64,000 nucleotides of DNA from positions 917,457-981,456 of the forward strand of contig MU004236.1 of assembly GCA_010405405.1 (NCBI GenBank), written 5' to 3'. The notes beneath the pieces were generated by a model that was not told the DNA's origin, searched no databases, and saw nothing but the letters and a program-made list of their open reading frames with translations. A program made the translations under genes and the position numbers. This document shows positions 34,838 through 48,412 of the stretch, piece by piece (position 1 is the first letter of the stretch; each line of letters opens with the position of its first letter). Origin of the DNA: Microthyrium microscopicum. Its lineage: Eukaryota.

Positions 34838-36633
34838 TTAGTCTATACGCCGCAAATATTCCACCGGACCATGGTACACATGCCGGCCCTTTAGCCAGAA
34901 GAATCCAAGAGAAAAGAGCATCACCACACCATATATCAAAATGGCCCAGTTCATGGATGCTGGCGCCGGAAGTGGTGTCGCAGGAAAAAAGCACATGATA
35001 AAGACGAATAGCAGAAAGAGAAGCGACATGATGTTGATGGTGAATCCCCAGCGACCAAGATCAAATCTACGAGGCAACAACTTTTCATTCCGCCATCGCT
35101 TGAGTGTGACACATCCGATGGATATAAGGTATGATGATAGTAGAGCGCCCAGTCCGAGAGAGGTGATGTTGTTGTATGCGGTTGAGGATCCAATGTTGAT
35201 GAGTGCTAGGAGCGCTGAAACCACAAGCGTCAACACAACAGCGTTGAGTGGAATGTCTATTCCTTTGGGTACCTAGGAGAGTGGTGAGAAATTTACCTTT
35301 GATCTTCAAGGTTTTTCTGAACACTTACATAGGAAAAGAAGCTGGCAAACGGCACTCCTCGATCCCGAGAAAACGCGAATAGCTGTCTTGATGAAGCAGC
35401 AATGTTTGAGATGCCGCAGAAACTGGCCATGATAACGAGTATCGATGTCATTACCGTTGCTCCTGCCTTGGATTGCACCCCATGCTCGAAGACCGCAACG
35501 AACGGCTGCCCAACTTGTGCGACCGGCGACTCCAATACGCTATCAAGATCGCCCAAACAAAAGAGCAAAGTCAGCAACATGACAAAGCCCATGGTCCCGT
35601 TGGCAGCGGCAGTCCAAATCATGGCACGAGGCAAAGTGTAGGATGCATCCTGAAGTTCTTCGCTCATGTGCGTCGCCGCATCGCTGCCAATCAACGAAAC
35701 TGTAGGTGTTATAATACCAACCATCACTGAAAGTCCTTGACTAGACCATCCATTATTTCGAAACTCCGTGAACACTTGCTTCGCCGGAGTCCGAGGAGCC
35801 AGAATCCACATTGGAATAATAATCGCAAAGAATCCCAAGATATGCAGAATGAGAACACTGCCCTCAACCAGCGGTAACCGCCGTGCAAGAAAAGTGTTGA
35901 AGATACCACACAACGCAGTGATCGCAATAACAATCAGAGTCAGACGCCACGTCTTGGTAGCATCATAACCCTCGTGGTTCAGCACAATCAGCGCCTGAAG
36001 TTCTTGCCCAGCCACGAATGCGCTCGCTGCAGCGCCAGTCTGCCAGGCGAGGACGCACAGCCAGCCAACAATGTAACTGAGGAATCGTTGGTACGCCTTG
36101 GGCGCAAATTCGCTGACCCAATGGTACTGGCCGCCTGCTGTTGGGGCCCTGAGTGGTTGGCTATATTAGTGATTTGATATGGTTCTGGAGGTCATAAAGA
36201 AACTCACATTGATCCCATTTCGGCGAGGGATGCTACGACGAATCCGAAGCCTATTGCACAGACTAGGTAGCCGTATATCATTCCGGCGGAACCACCATTT
36301 TGAAGGCCAAATATTGATGATCTTGATATGTTAGCGTTTTGTATATACCTGCTATGGGATATGTGCTTACCCGAGCTGCGCTTCCCATGTTGACAGCAAT
36401 ATCATACTGAATCCAAAGATGGAGAAGAAACCAAAATTGCGCTGCATTCGAGTTAGCTCGTGGTCAGTCATTCAGTGATAGAGCCATACCCGCAACTGCT
36501 GTTCTTTCCCCATGCGGTGCATGTCCGCTTGATCTTGGCTCGAGCCATATTTCTCAGAAATAGCCCGTGATGACTGAGAAACTTCAATGAAATCATCAGA
36601 TCCCGAACTCTTCTTGATTTCGCCCATTTTCAT
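34838..36633 (-). CDS. Amino acid/choline/GABA permease (ACT family, Hnm1/Uga4-like)
   Basis: DMHRMGKEQQL, GGSAG, SLAEMGS, APTAGGQYHWVSEFAP, D...HMSEE, SRQLFAFSRDRGVPF, MNWA motifs. Four introns. Confidence 0.88.
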
Positions 36634-37631
36634 GACGATCTTTGATGTTGGAGCAGTAGTAGTTAGCCGCAAAGTTATAATAATCCAAATTGGAAACTTT
36701 GCGAGTGTATAAGAGGTACGGCGTTGACAGCCTTTGAGGATTCGTGTAACGAATCACTTGTCGAATCTTTCACTATAACAAGGTAGTGTCAGTAACTGAC
36801 AGGTTATTGACCAGGTATGAGGGTGAGGAGTCCATTGAAATCCAGGAGCATGGCAAACATTCTGGAAGGCTGCATTTGACAGTGACTGTGCATGGTTGTC
36901 AGAAGGAGGAGGGATAGTTTCGTAGTCACCTACTACTCCCAAATAGTAAGCCGCAAGCATAGAAAACGCGGACCGATCCATTCTAAATGTTCAGTGTTCC
37001 CGAGACTTGTACTGGTTTTGGAGGAGTGCCGGTTACTTGTACGACTGTCACAGGGCGAAGGCGTATTTTGCCTCCTCTGCAACTGCTATTACACACAAAT
37101 TCCAAGAATACCTCTTAAGCGCTATATTATGGATGTTCGGCAAGATCATAGCCCCTATACGATGCTTTAGTGGTGTTGATGGCCATACTTCTTTCAAGAT
37201 TCTAGTCGATTGACTTGGAGTGTTGTTACTCAAAACACTGACGAAAACGAAATTGGCGCAACATGAACTGTACTACCAAACGTTCAACTATTGCAGGGCC
37301 GTCTACGAGCAGTCCGAAGCGTAGCGCCAGTCACTTGGAAACCTCTTTGCCCGCCCCGAATTTGTCTTCCCGTCCCAATTCCCAAAAATATGGCCACGAA
37401 GACGTTGTAGTCGTCGTCAATTCCAATAGTATGGATCGTCACCACCACCTTATCTCTACCTAGGTCGAGCAGACTTTGCTACTTAACGTTCTGTCTTACC
37501 CTTTGAATTCCTCAGTCTCTTTTCTGATGTACAGAACCTACAGACTCACCGAAAGTTTCTTGGTCCGTGTTGTTGAGTCCTTGCGTTAGAGCCGCTTGAT
37601 ATATCCCCGCCTCCCGGTGCCGTCCGTTGCG

Positions 37632-39050
37632 ATGTCTTCACCCTCTGCGAACGTGGACAGTACCCGATTTGCACCAATCACGAAGCTGGATCATTCGGGA
37701 TATATCTGGATCGCCTCTTTGTTATCGGCTGTCTACTCCACCCTCTCCTTATGGGCACGCATCCATATCAAGAGGGCTTACTTTGGCCTTGATGACTGGG
37801 TTTGTGCTGGAGCTACGGTAAAGTTCTTTCATCAACCTTCCGAGTCCTTTGCTCATCTTGCGCGATAGGTCGCCGGCTTGTCCTCCTTCATTACAGTGTG
37901 GGTGGGGACGTCACAGGGGCTTGGAAAATCCCGCGAGCTGCTGCAGGAGTCTCAGCTGGAAGTCACTGCACAAGTACGTAGCCGTCGATACAGAAAGCTC
38001 GTTCTAATTTTGTCTTAGGCGGTCTTTGCAACTCATGTCACTTTTCTTATAGCGATATATCTCGCCAAGTGTTCTGTGATACTGCTTATTCGCCGAATAT
38101 TTTCAGAGGATATGCACCGATATCGAACCATAACTGATGTCAGTATCCCGGACTAGAAAGATTGAATAAGCCGCTGAACTATCACAGGGATTTACTGCTT
38201 TCATGGCAATCAGCGGTTTGACCTCCATTCTACTAGTCTCAGTCCGTTGCGTGCCTTCGCAATTGTTTCTGGACGGTTTAAATTTCGATACATGTGCCAG
38301 CAGAGTAGAGTAGACACCACCCTACCACTAAAATTTGCTTACGAGAGATAGCCACAACGATGGAAAGCAATCGCTATAATCGATGGGATCACCGAGGTTA
38401 CAGTTGTCGTCCTTTCGTTGACGTTAGTTTGGCAACTACAAATGAAAGCTGAGCTAAAGTTCAGAGTGATCCTAGCCTTTCTCTTTCGACTGTTGTAAGT
38501 AATGCTTGCATCACTACTTCAACTTGTGAGTACTAACATGGAATTTAGATTGGTTCCAATAATAGTGCTACATGCCTACTACATCCAGATGGCTTTGCTC
38601 GGCCACGAAGATCTACCACTCGCTTTGACTCCAGTGCTTGTTTGCACTCAAATTGAATTGGGGTACTCGCTCATTTCGGCAACCATTCCGAATCTGAAAT
38701 CTTTCCTCATGTCGTTTGACACTGCATTTATGATGGATGCCCCTGGGCAAAAGATAGAAGCGTTTAGTATGCCAGCATCACCAACGACAGAAACAGCGCG
38801 ACAAAGCCAGCTGTCTGCCACTCTAACGAACAGCCCAACCATCACCGAGAGAACATATCAGAAAAAGCCTCAATATCCAATCAAGCTACGGCCGGATATG
38901 ATTGATAGAAGAACCAGCATTCAACATTTTGACGATTGGTCCCTGGATGTAGAAGAAGGTTCTGAGAATGAGTCTATAGGAAAGGATGGACGAATAAGGC
39001 GTGACTTCCAATGGAGTGTAGAAGGCTCAGATATCCTGAAGAGGACATGA
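37632..39050 (+). CDS. PTH11-like integral membrane protein (fungal rhodopsin-domain, no CFEM)
   Basis: Five introns splice in frame. GLDDW, GLGK, LAKCSVIL, D..TE, V..LQM...K..V..AF.FRL, TQIELGYSLISATIP motifs. Confidence 0.8.
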
Positions 39051-39158
39051 ATACGATCTTAGATTAGCATATCCAAGTCTTCTTTTGATGAAATGAGTGC
39101 TCATAGTATTGTGTTCCGTAGGTATCGTCAAGTAGACTCTTCAACATGTGTTTCGACA

Positions 39159-39978
39159 TTACTCCACAGCATCCATACCACCAGGCGTAAAAAACACATC
39201 GCCACCCATCACACCAGCCAACGGATTTCCCTCGCCCTCCGTAACATTCCCCAACCTAACCGTAAAGCCCCTCTTGACATAAAACTTCTCATTTCCAGCC
39301 GAGCTTACCACACTCGCCACAACTCCATCCCGTGTGGCAACCTTCAATCCTTCCTCCACCAATGCTGTGCCGACCCCACGACCTTGATGACTTGGGTCTA
39401 CGCCCAAAGACTCCAGCATCCACAGATCCGCACGCTCACCACTCCAAAAGTGCTCAAACCGTGCAAACGCGCGTGGAAACGCATCTACATGCGCCGGATC
39501 CCCCGCGCGATTCGGCCGCATGCGCAAGTCTAGCCAGTTGACCAAGGTAACCAGCCACGTCAGCGGAAACCCTATAACACAGTATCAATAACTCTGTATC
39601 ACCCACACACGCAGACACAGAACAGCGTGTGTCACCGTCCCACCAAAGCTGTCAACAAGAAGAAAACTTACGGAGCGTGCGTTTCCAGCCACCCATGGAC
39701 GTGTTAGCGCCTGGCCCTTTGCGTTGCCAGTCGGCTACGCCGATGATTTGGCCGTGCTCGTCAACGGCTACGAGGACTTGGTGCGCATGGTGTAAGAGGG
39801 AGGCAAGCATGCGTCGTTTCCAGAAACGGCGGACGTCGGCGGGGTAGAGCGCGCGGAGAGGATGGAGGAAGCGGCCGACGGAATCTTCGTCCCAGAAGGC
39901 TGTTGTTAGGACGGTGGCGATGGTGGGCAGGTCGAGGATTGTTGCCTTGCGGACGGTGATGGGCGGGTGGGGAAGCAT
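39159..39978 (-). CDS. GNAT-family N-acetyltransferase
   Basis: Intron 39572-39671. LESLGVDPSHQGRGVG acetyl-CoA motif and FY..RGF. Confidence 0.85.
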
Positions 39979-40296
39979 GGCGAACGGAATTTTGATTGTT
40001 TTGAGGACGAGGATCCGGGATGGTTACAATTGTTTGTGGGAGGCTGCTAAGGGATGGAAAAGATGGGATGATATTCTATGGTGGGTGGTGTCTCTGGGGG
40101 GAAGGACCGATGCGGTGTTACTTGGGAGGTGTACAGAGTTTGCCGAGTGAAGCGTTATTGTACATTTTCACAGGTTACTTTGGAAATAGGCACAATATTG
40201 AATGGCAATCACGTTTTGTGGCCAGTCCATGGGATATTTACATGCTACTGATCATTTACACAGTGCGAGCCGCTCGTGCTCTTCCTAGAAATGCAA

Positions 40297-41937
40297 CTAA
40301 TCTGTACGCTGCTTTCGTTTTGTTCCACCATTTCCAGCGCTCCGGGTTCCGTTGGATGCCTTCTTAGATTCATCGCCGCTTAGTGCTGGCTCTGTTTCTA
40401 CAGTGAGCCAGTCCTGGCCTGGAGTCTTGCGCCGGAACTGGCCTGCGCCTATAGCGACTACCTCGTCCTCGACATCACTGATTACGTCCATACTGACGGG
40501 CATGACGAATGCTCCCGGTTGGAACTGCGAGTCCTTAACTGGGTCCATGGTGAGCACGTCAATTTCCTCGTCCTCGAGATCCAGACGCCGTCGTTGAAGC
40601 TCTTCGGCTGGCTGGATGTCGAATTCATCCTCGCGTTCGGCGTGTTCAACATTCTCTTCGACCTCGACAAAGTCAGGTGCGAGTGCGGCCCAGCTCTGTG
40701 GTGCCGGTACTCCCCAGAGATATATTTGACCGTCATCCTGACCGATTGCGGCTACTCGAGGCTTATAAGGATGAAACTATAGTAGTTAGCGTATATCAGT
40801 GTGAGTGAAGCCAGACCAGCTTACATCAAAGCTAGTGATTTCATCAGGCGCTTCCAAGATTTTGACTAGTGATCCTTCCAGATGTTCAGCCCAGCAATAG
40901 ATATTGTGATGCATCATTGTAGAAGCAAGGATGTGTTCGCCGCTTGGATTCCAGCACACCCAATGCCAGGAGAGTTTGTTAATAACATCTTGATACTTCT
41001 GTCTTACTTCCAGCTGAAAGTTGTCAAAGTTAAAATCGGGAGCAGTCATATCTGGCAATTCGAAGGTCCGTATAATCCTGTCTCCCGAATTTATTACCAT
41101 GCTCTTGCCATTAGCAGTTAGTCTCATGAGTGTAATCATGGAAGATGTGATTTTGGTGGATGACAATGTTTGACATGTCGCAGTGTCGATAATGTTGAAC
41201 CATCCTTTGTTAGTGCAGCTGAAGATGAAGTCGCCAGTTGGTGAGAATATGGTTGCTGTGGTGTTTTGCTTTGCATCTTGAGCCGCTTGTTTTTCTGTAG
41301 CATTTGCGATTTCGTCCTCGGAACGTTTGGGTATGGTTGGCAATACTCTCTTGACGGCTTCCGGTTCTTGTACATCTACAAGCATTGGCTGTTCGTCAAA
41401 TTGAGCGCACACGAAAAGCAGGCTATATTCATGTTAATATGTGCATTCATGAGGTCAAACAGGGGCAATTACTGGTTGGTAGGATGAAGCTCAGCAAGGA
41501 AGATGGGCGCTTCAAATCGAACTCTGCGCATGCGCTCGCCGGTGCTCAAGTCCCACAGAACGACACTCCAGTCCTGGGATGCGGTGAGAAGATATCGATC
41601 ATCGGCGGACCAACATAGTGATTGAACATGAGCGAAATGGCCACTGAGTTTGCGAGCGATCCCATTAGTGTCGCAGTCGAAAATTATCACATTGCCGTCT
41701 CCCTATACTAATGTGAGTGGACTAAAAGCTTGCTGTGTTGCTTCTAGACTTACTCGACCAGATGCAAGGAAATCACCGCGATGATTGAAGCGGATACAAG
41801 TGGAAAACCCACTTTCTAAAGAAAGGCTTAGCTGGAGTCTGGGAAAATTCATGCTATATGGGCTCACTTAGACAATCTTGGAGGGCCTCTGGAAGGTCTT
41901 TGGCCAGATATTCTGGCTCTACCAATGAGAGATTCAT
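40297..41937 (-). CDS. SWD1: COMPASS/Set1C WD40 subunit Swd1 (RBBP5)
   Basis: MNLSL.., CIRFN.RGDFLASGR, GIARKLSGH..VQSLCWS.D.RYLLTASQDW, QDVINKLSW, GSLVKILE, WRM motif WAALAPDFVEVEENVEHAEREDEFD. Confidence 0.9.
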
Positions 41938-43015
41938 TTAGGCTGGAGGGAAATTTTTGTAGTGTTACAGTGTTTAGAGGAATGCCAGAAATGTTCCTTC
42001 AGTGAGTTGCTTGGAGAACAAGGAAAGAGGTATTTTCATTCTTGGCCTCTAATACACTCAATGTCAACAAACATTCCAGGGCCAAGATGCAGGAGGAAGA
42101 GCAAGGAGCAACACTGGGAATTTCGAGGTGATTCGGAATCACATTAGATAGAGTTGAGTGGCAATATCAAAGTGGACGAATAGTCGTGTCTCGAACCATG
42201 CTGCAAAAAACTATAAGATGAAGAAATACACATCTGATTGACATTGAGGACCGGGGGTACCTCGAGTAAAGTCGAGAAGAAGGTTGCAATTCATTGTGAT
42301 GGCCAAAAAGGGGAGGCACGAGGCTCAGGCTGTAAGGCAGGAAGGCCAAAAAGGCAAGCACAACGAACATCTTTGATTCTAATCAAATTCTCCGGCACCT
42401 TCCCTTGTAAGTTTCATGAGTCAAGGCTGCATGTGGCGTTACTGCCAGTGTCAGGTGCTTGGCAGAGCGGAGCGGAATGTTACCTAATGAGGCTAGCGCG
42501 CGGCTCAATTAGTGACTGCCCAGCGACTGCAGCCTTCAACCCTCAACTCCTGTCGCCAACATCCATCTCACTCAATTCTCTCCAACTCCACTCCATCCTC
42601 ACCAACACCATCCATATCCTCCTCCAACCATCATCATCTTGCGCGCCGGCCCTCTTACACCCTTTTCGTGGCCTCTTACTGGTGTTCGCAAGCTTTTCTA
42701 GTCTGTCGCCCTGCGCGTCAGTCCACCCGTCAATCTCGAGTCTCAACGCGTTCATCCATCGCCACCTTGTCGACTTCCATCATCTAAATACGGCTTCGTT
42801 GCGGCCGCAAGGCTAGCGCGCGCTGTCGCTTTCGCGCCCTTCGCCCTCCACTGGTTCAAGTTGACTTGACCTCAAGTGTTCCATTCCGCGCCCGTTGTCA
42901 ATCGCAACCGCGTTCGTCCAGTCGCCTATCGTCCCTACATCGGCTGCCTCTACTCCACATATAATTCCTACATCCGTGACAACTGTGTCGGTTCATATCT
43001 TGACAGCTAGCAATC

Positions 43016-46000
43016 ATGGCATCAGTCGCGATGACTACGCTCAAAATCCCGGGACCTGTGTCCTCGGCGAAACTAAAGACCATTAAAGAAGTTCAATTTG
43101 GTATCTTCTCTCCCGAAGAGATCAAAGGCTTCAGCGTCTGCCATGTTCAGTATCCCGAAACACTGGTATGAACATTTCTCAGCTTTGCGAGAAGTGTGAC
43201 TAACTTTGGATATAGGATGACACTAGAACTCGCCCTCGAGAGAACGGTCTTGGCGATACTCGCATGGGATCTATCGATCGTAACTTTGAATGCGCCTCCT
43301 GCAATGAGCAAATGCAAAACTGTCAAGGGCATTTCGGTCATATCGAACTTGTCGCTCCTGTCTTTCATCCTGGGTTCATCAAGAAGACGAAGCAATTGCT
43401 TGAATGTGTCTGCCACACTTGCGGAAAAATACTTGTTGATGAGACCCTGCCTGCTTACGCAGAGGCTCTCAAGCATCGTCTGCCGAAAACTCGGTTCAAT
43501 GTCATCCACAAACTTTGCGAAAAGAAGACCAGCTGTGAGTCCAGCAAGTCCGATGAAGACCCGGATGCCAATCAGAGTATGAGCGATCTCAAGAAGGCAG
43601 CTGTTGGTCATGGTGGCTGCGGCAACGCGCACCCCAACATTGTAAAAGTACAGCTTGACTTGAAGGCTACATGGAAGCGAAAAAAGAGCGATGTTGAAGA
43701 AGGCGAGGCAAAAGAGGAAACTCGTTTCATCTCACCTCGAGAATGTCAAGAAATCTTCAGTCGCATTACAGATGCAGACCTTCGGACTCTAGGATTCAGC
43801 TTGAATTATGCTCGACCCGAATGGATGATACTGACCGTCCTTCCCGTTCCTCCGCCCCCAGTCCGACCTGGCGTGTCGATGGATGGCAGTTCTGGAAGTT
43901 CTCGGTCCGAAGATGATTTAACCTACAAATTAGGAGACATTATTCGCGCAAATCAGCAGCTTCGGCGTTGTGAACAAGAAGGTTCTCCGCAACACGTTGT
44001 AGACGAATTCTTCAAGCTCTTACAATACCATGTGGCGACATTAATGGACAATCAAATCGCCGGAGTGCCTCAAGCAACACAGAAAAGCGGCCGTGCTTTG
44101 AAATCCATCCGTGCTCGATTAAAGGGTAAAGAAGGGCGACTACGGGGCAATCTCATGGGAAAGCGTGTCAATTTTTCCGCCCGTACTGTAATTACAGGAG
44201 ATCCAAATCTGTCGCTTGATGAGGTTGGTGTACCACGAAGCATCGCTCAAATCTTGACCTTTCCAGAGGTGGTCACTCCTTTCAATATCCAACGCCTATT
44301 GGGATATGTGCGGACTGGTCCATACAAGCATCCTGGTGCTCGATATATCACACGAGAAACCGGTGATCGCCTAGACTTGAAGCACCAAAAGAATTTGGAT
44401 ACCATTTCACTCGGCTGGGGTTGGATTGTCGAACGACACATCATGGATGGAGACTACATCGTATTTAATCGACAACCCTCTCTACACAAGGAATCCATGA
44501 TGGGTCATAGAGTTCGAGTTTTGCCATTCTCCACCTTTCGACTGAACCTTTCTGTCACTAGCCCTTACAACGCGGATTTTGATGGTGATGAGATGAACTT
44601 GCATGTTCCTCAAACTCAAGAAACTCGCGCTGAAATTCAAAACATCTGCATGGTGCCATTGAATATCGTTTCTCCGCAACGTAATGGAGCGCTGATGGGA
44701 ATTGTGCAAGACAGTCTCTGTGGAATCTACAAAATGGCCCGCCGAGATGTCTACTTGACTAAGGAAGAAGTCATGAGCATTCTCATGTGGGTGCCAGAGT
44801 GGGACGGCACGCTCCCTCGGCCTGCATTTATCAAGCCGCGAGCTAGATGGACTGGAAAGCAATTGATCTCTCTACTTTTCCCCCCTCGGCTCAACCTGCA
44901 AGGAGAGGCTAAAAAGCCAAGCCCAATCCACATCGATGACGAAGGATATCTTATCCAACAAGGGGAACTCGTGTACGGATTACCTAATAAGAAAATCGTC
45001 GGTGTTGGCAGCAGTGTGATTCACACAATATATAACCAAGAAGGATGGGAGGCCTGCATGAACTTTTTCAATGGTTGCCAGCGTATTGTCAATTACTGGC
45101 TTCTACACAACGGATTTTCTATTGGTATTGGCGACACTGTACCCGACCCTACGACTATTCAAGCTATCTCGAATGCGATCACATCCAAAAAGGAGGAGGT
45201 TGCTCAGGTCACGAAAGAGGCCACCGCCAACGAGCTGGAGCCTCTACCTGGTATGAGTGTTCGAGATACTTTTGAGAGCAAAGTTCAAAAGGCGTTGAAC
45301 GATGCTCGTGAAAAGGCCGGAGCAGATACAGCCGATAATCTCAAGGATATCAACAACGCTGTCCAGATGTCGCGATCTGGATCCAAAGGCTCCAACATCA
45401 ACATTTCCCAAATGACTGCTCTGGTTGGTCAACAAGCTGTTGAGGGAAAGCGAGTACCTTTTGGCTTTAGTTATCGGACTCTACCTCATTTCACCAAAGA
45501 TGACTACTCTCCGGAATCGCGTGGATTTGTAGAGAACTCATATCTCCGAGGCCTTGTTCCAACCGAGTTCTTTTTTCACGCCATGGCCGGTCGCGAAGGT
45601 TTAATTGATACAGCTGTCAAGACTGCGGAAACTGGTTACATCCAACGTCGACTTGTCAAGGCATTGGAAGACTGCTCTGTCAAGTATGACGGAACCGTTC
45701 GCAACTCCCTTGGCGACATTGTGCAATTTGTCTATGGTGAAGATGGCATGGATGCTCAGCACATTGAGGAACAAACCGCAGACATCATCTACTGCTCTGA
45801 GGCACAGTTTGCTGACATGTATCGCATTGATGTGATGGACCCAGAATTGCCGAGCATCCGACCCGAGATCTTGGAACAGGCGCAGGAAATATCTGGTGAT
45901 CTTGAGGTCCAACGCCATCTTGATGAAGAATGGGAACGCCTTCAAGGAGCTAGACAACTTTTCCGCGACACGTTCTTTGCCTTCTTGAACAAAGGCTCGG

Positions 46001-48412
46001 AAGGAGAAAAGTTTCAACTTCCATTGCACATTGAGCGAATAATCCAGTCGGCACAAACACGGTTTAACATCAAGAGTGGGGGACGAAGCGACCTTAATCC
46101 AAAAGAGGTCATACCTCAAGTTCAAGATATGCTTGAACGTCTGGTTGTCGTTCGAGGAAGTGATCCACTAACCCTGGAAGCCCAACACAACGCTACCCTT
46201 CTCTTCAAGGCCCTATTACAAACGCGATTGGCCTTCAAGCGCCTTGTTGCAACGTATTCTCTCACAAAACTAGCGCTCAATAGTGTTCTCGGGGAGATTG
46301 AAAATAAGTTCCTGAAGGCCCAGGTTAATCCTGGTGAAATGGTAGGCGTTCTTGCAGCTCAATCTATCGGAGAGCCGGCCACTCAGATGACCCTCAACAC
46401 TTTCCATTTTACTGGTATTGCATCCAAGAACGTCACATTAGGTGTGCCTCGTCTAAAGGAAATCCTCAATGCCGCGGATAATCTCAAAACGCCCAGCATG
46501 CTCATATATCTAGATGGAGATGAACAATTCAGTCAAGACGCTGCCAAGAAACTGCGTAGCACTGTCGAGCACACATCGCTCCGATCCGTCACCGAGTCAA
46601 GCGAGATCTGGTACGATCCCGATGTTAAACAAACTGTCATTGAGGCCGATGAAGACATGGTGGAATCCTATTGGGTTGTACCAGACGAAAAGGACGAACA
46701 GACCATCGAGCAACAAGGAAAATGGGTTCTGCGTATCTTGCTTGGTCGACGCAAGCTTCTCGACAAAGGATTGACCGTCAGCGATGTTGCCACCAAGCTC
46801 AAGGAAGAATTTGGCGGAAGCATGGCAATCATTTTCAGCGACAATAACGCGGATGAACAAGTGATCCGCATTCGCCTGATTAGTGAAGATGGCAAGAAAC
46901 AGGAGGACGATGAAGACGACGAGTCTGACAGCATGCTCATCAAAGTCGAAGAGCATCTCATGAGCGAGACGACAATTCGTGGCATACCTGACGTTTCTCG
47001 TGCCTTTATCGAGAAACACAACATTGTGCGTACAGATGCCAGCGGTCAAATTCATGATACCAAGGACGATCCTCTGTGTCAAACTTGGCGCCTAAACACG
47101 AGCGGTACTGCGCTTCGCCAAGTATTCGAAATCGAAGGAGTGGATGTGCGGCGCACATATACGAACAACTTTCTGGAAGTCGTCACCGTTCTGGGTATTG
47201 AGGCAGGCCGGGCTGCAATGGCTACTGAGCTATACCAGGTGCTGTCCTTTGATGGCTCGTATGTCAACGCTCGTCACTTGGCCATCTTGGCGGATGTGAT
47301 GACTTCAAGAGGCAAAGTAATGCCTGTTACGCGTCATGGAATCAATCGCGCGGAAACAGGTGCGATCATGCGCTGCTCATTCGAAGAGACTGTAGAGATC
47401 CTTCTTGACGCTGCTAATCTTGGAGAGCTCGATAATTGTCGTGGCATCTCTGAAAACATTGTGCTCGGCCAGCTTGCTCCTCTTGGCACAGGCGATATGG
47501 AAATCATTGTGGATGAACAGATGATAAGCACAGTTGCTGCTGACAACCAGCAATATCAAGGTCCAGGCGGGGCAGACGGCTCGGCTTTCCAACCTGGAAG
47601 TGCTACTCCTTATGACATTGGATCTCCTCAGTACAATAATAGCACTGGAGGCCCCGATTACGGCTCGTCTTTCTCGCCTATTGCACAAGCTGGCTTAACG
47701 GAAGGAAGCTTCTCGGAGTATGGTCAGATGACAAGCTATGGTGGAACAGGCGCTTTGAGTCCATACCAGCCAACAAGCCCGTATAGCAGCACAAGTCCTG
47801 CTTACAACGTTCGAAGCCCATTCGGAATGGCCAGCCCAGCCTATGGAAGTGCATCACCCGCATATTCTCCATCATCCCCCGGTGGTAGCTTGTTATATGG
47901 AAGCACCTCTCCAGCTAGTCCTGCTTATACTCCAGGCTCACCTGGAGCTAGATCAACATCGCCTAGCTACTCTCCCACATCTCCATCCTTCTCCCCAACT
48001 TCACCTGGTGGAGCACTGGGAAAGACTTCGCCTGGCTACTCTCCCACTTCGCCTGGCCTGAGCCCTAAATCACCAGGCGGACAACAAGTCTCTCGATTCA
48101 GTCCCAAATCGCCATATAGTCCAACATCACCGGCTTACTCGCCTGCGAGTCCCATGTTCAATGCAAGCACGGTTCAGAAATCGCCGACATCACCAGCGTA
48201 TTCGCCCACTAGTCCACATTATAGTCCTACCTCGCCAGCAATGTTGGGCAATTCTCCAACCTCCCCCTCGTACTCGCCTACGAGCCCTCAATACTCACCC
48301 ACAAGCCCGCAGTACAAGGCTCCAGGGTAAGACTACCATCACCTGAACTCCTTAGAGCTAAGGCTAACCAATAGATAGAACTCCTGGCCCGCGCAAAACC
48401 ACTGAGAAATAG
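43016..48412 (+). CDS. RPB1: DNA-directed RNA polymerase II largest subunit
   Basis: NADFDGDEMN active site, GHFGH zinc motif, bridge helix, trigger loop and YSPTSP-type CTD. Intron 43166-43215. Probable terminal intron from 48327, so the 3' end is 48330, 48378 or 48412. Confidence 0.98.

Noticed and set aside
42185..42205. GGTTCGAGAC B-box-like sequence on the minus strand
   Set aside because: No T-stem pairing or cloverleaf, so not a tRNA
42238..42816. 192-aa ORF upstream of RPB1
   Set aside because: Non-ATG start and composition typical of a pyrimidine-rich promoter/5'UTR
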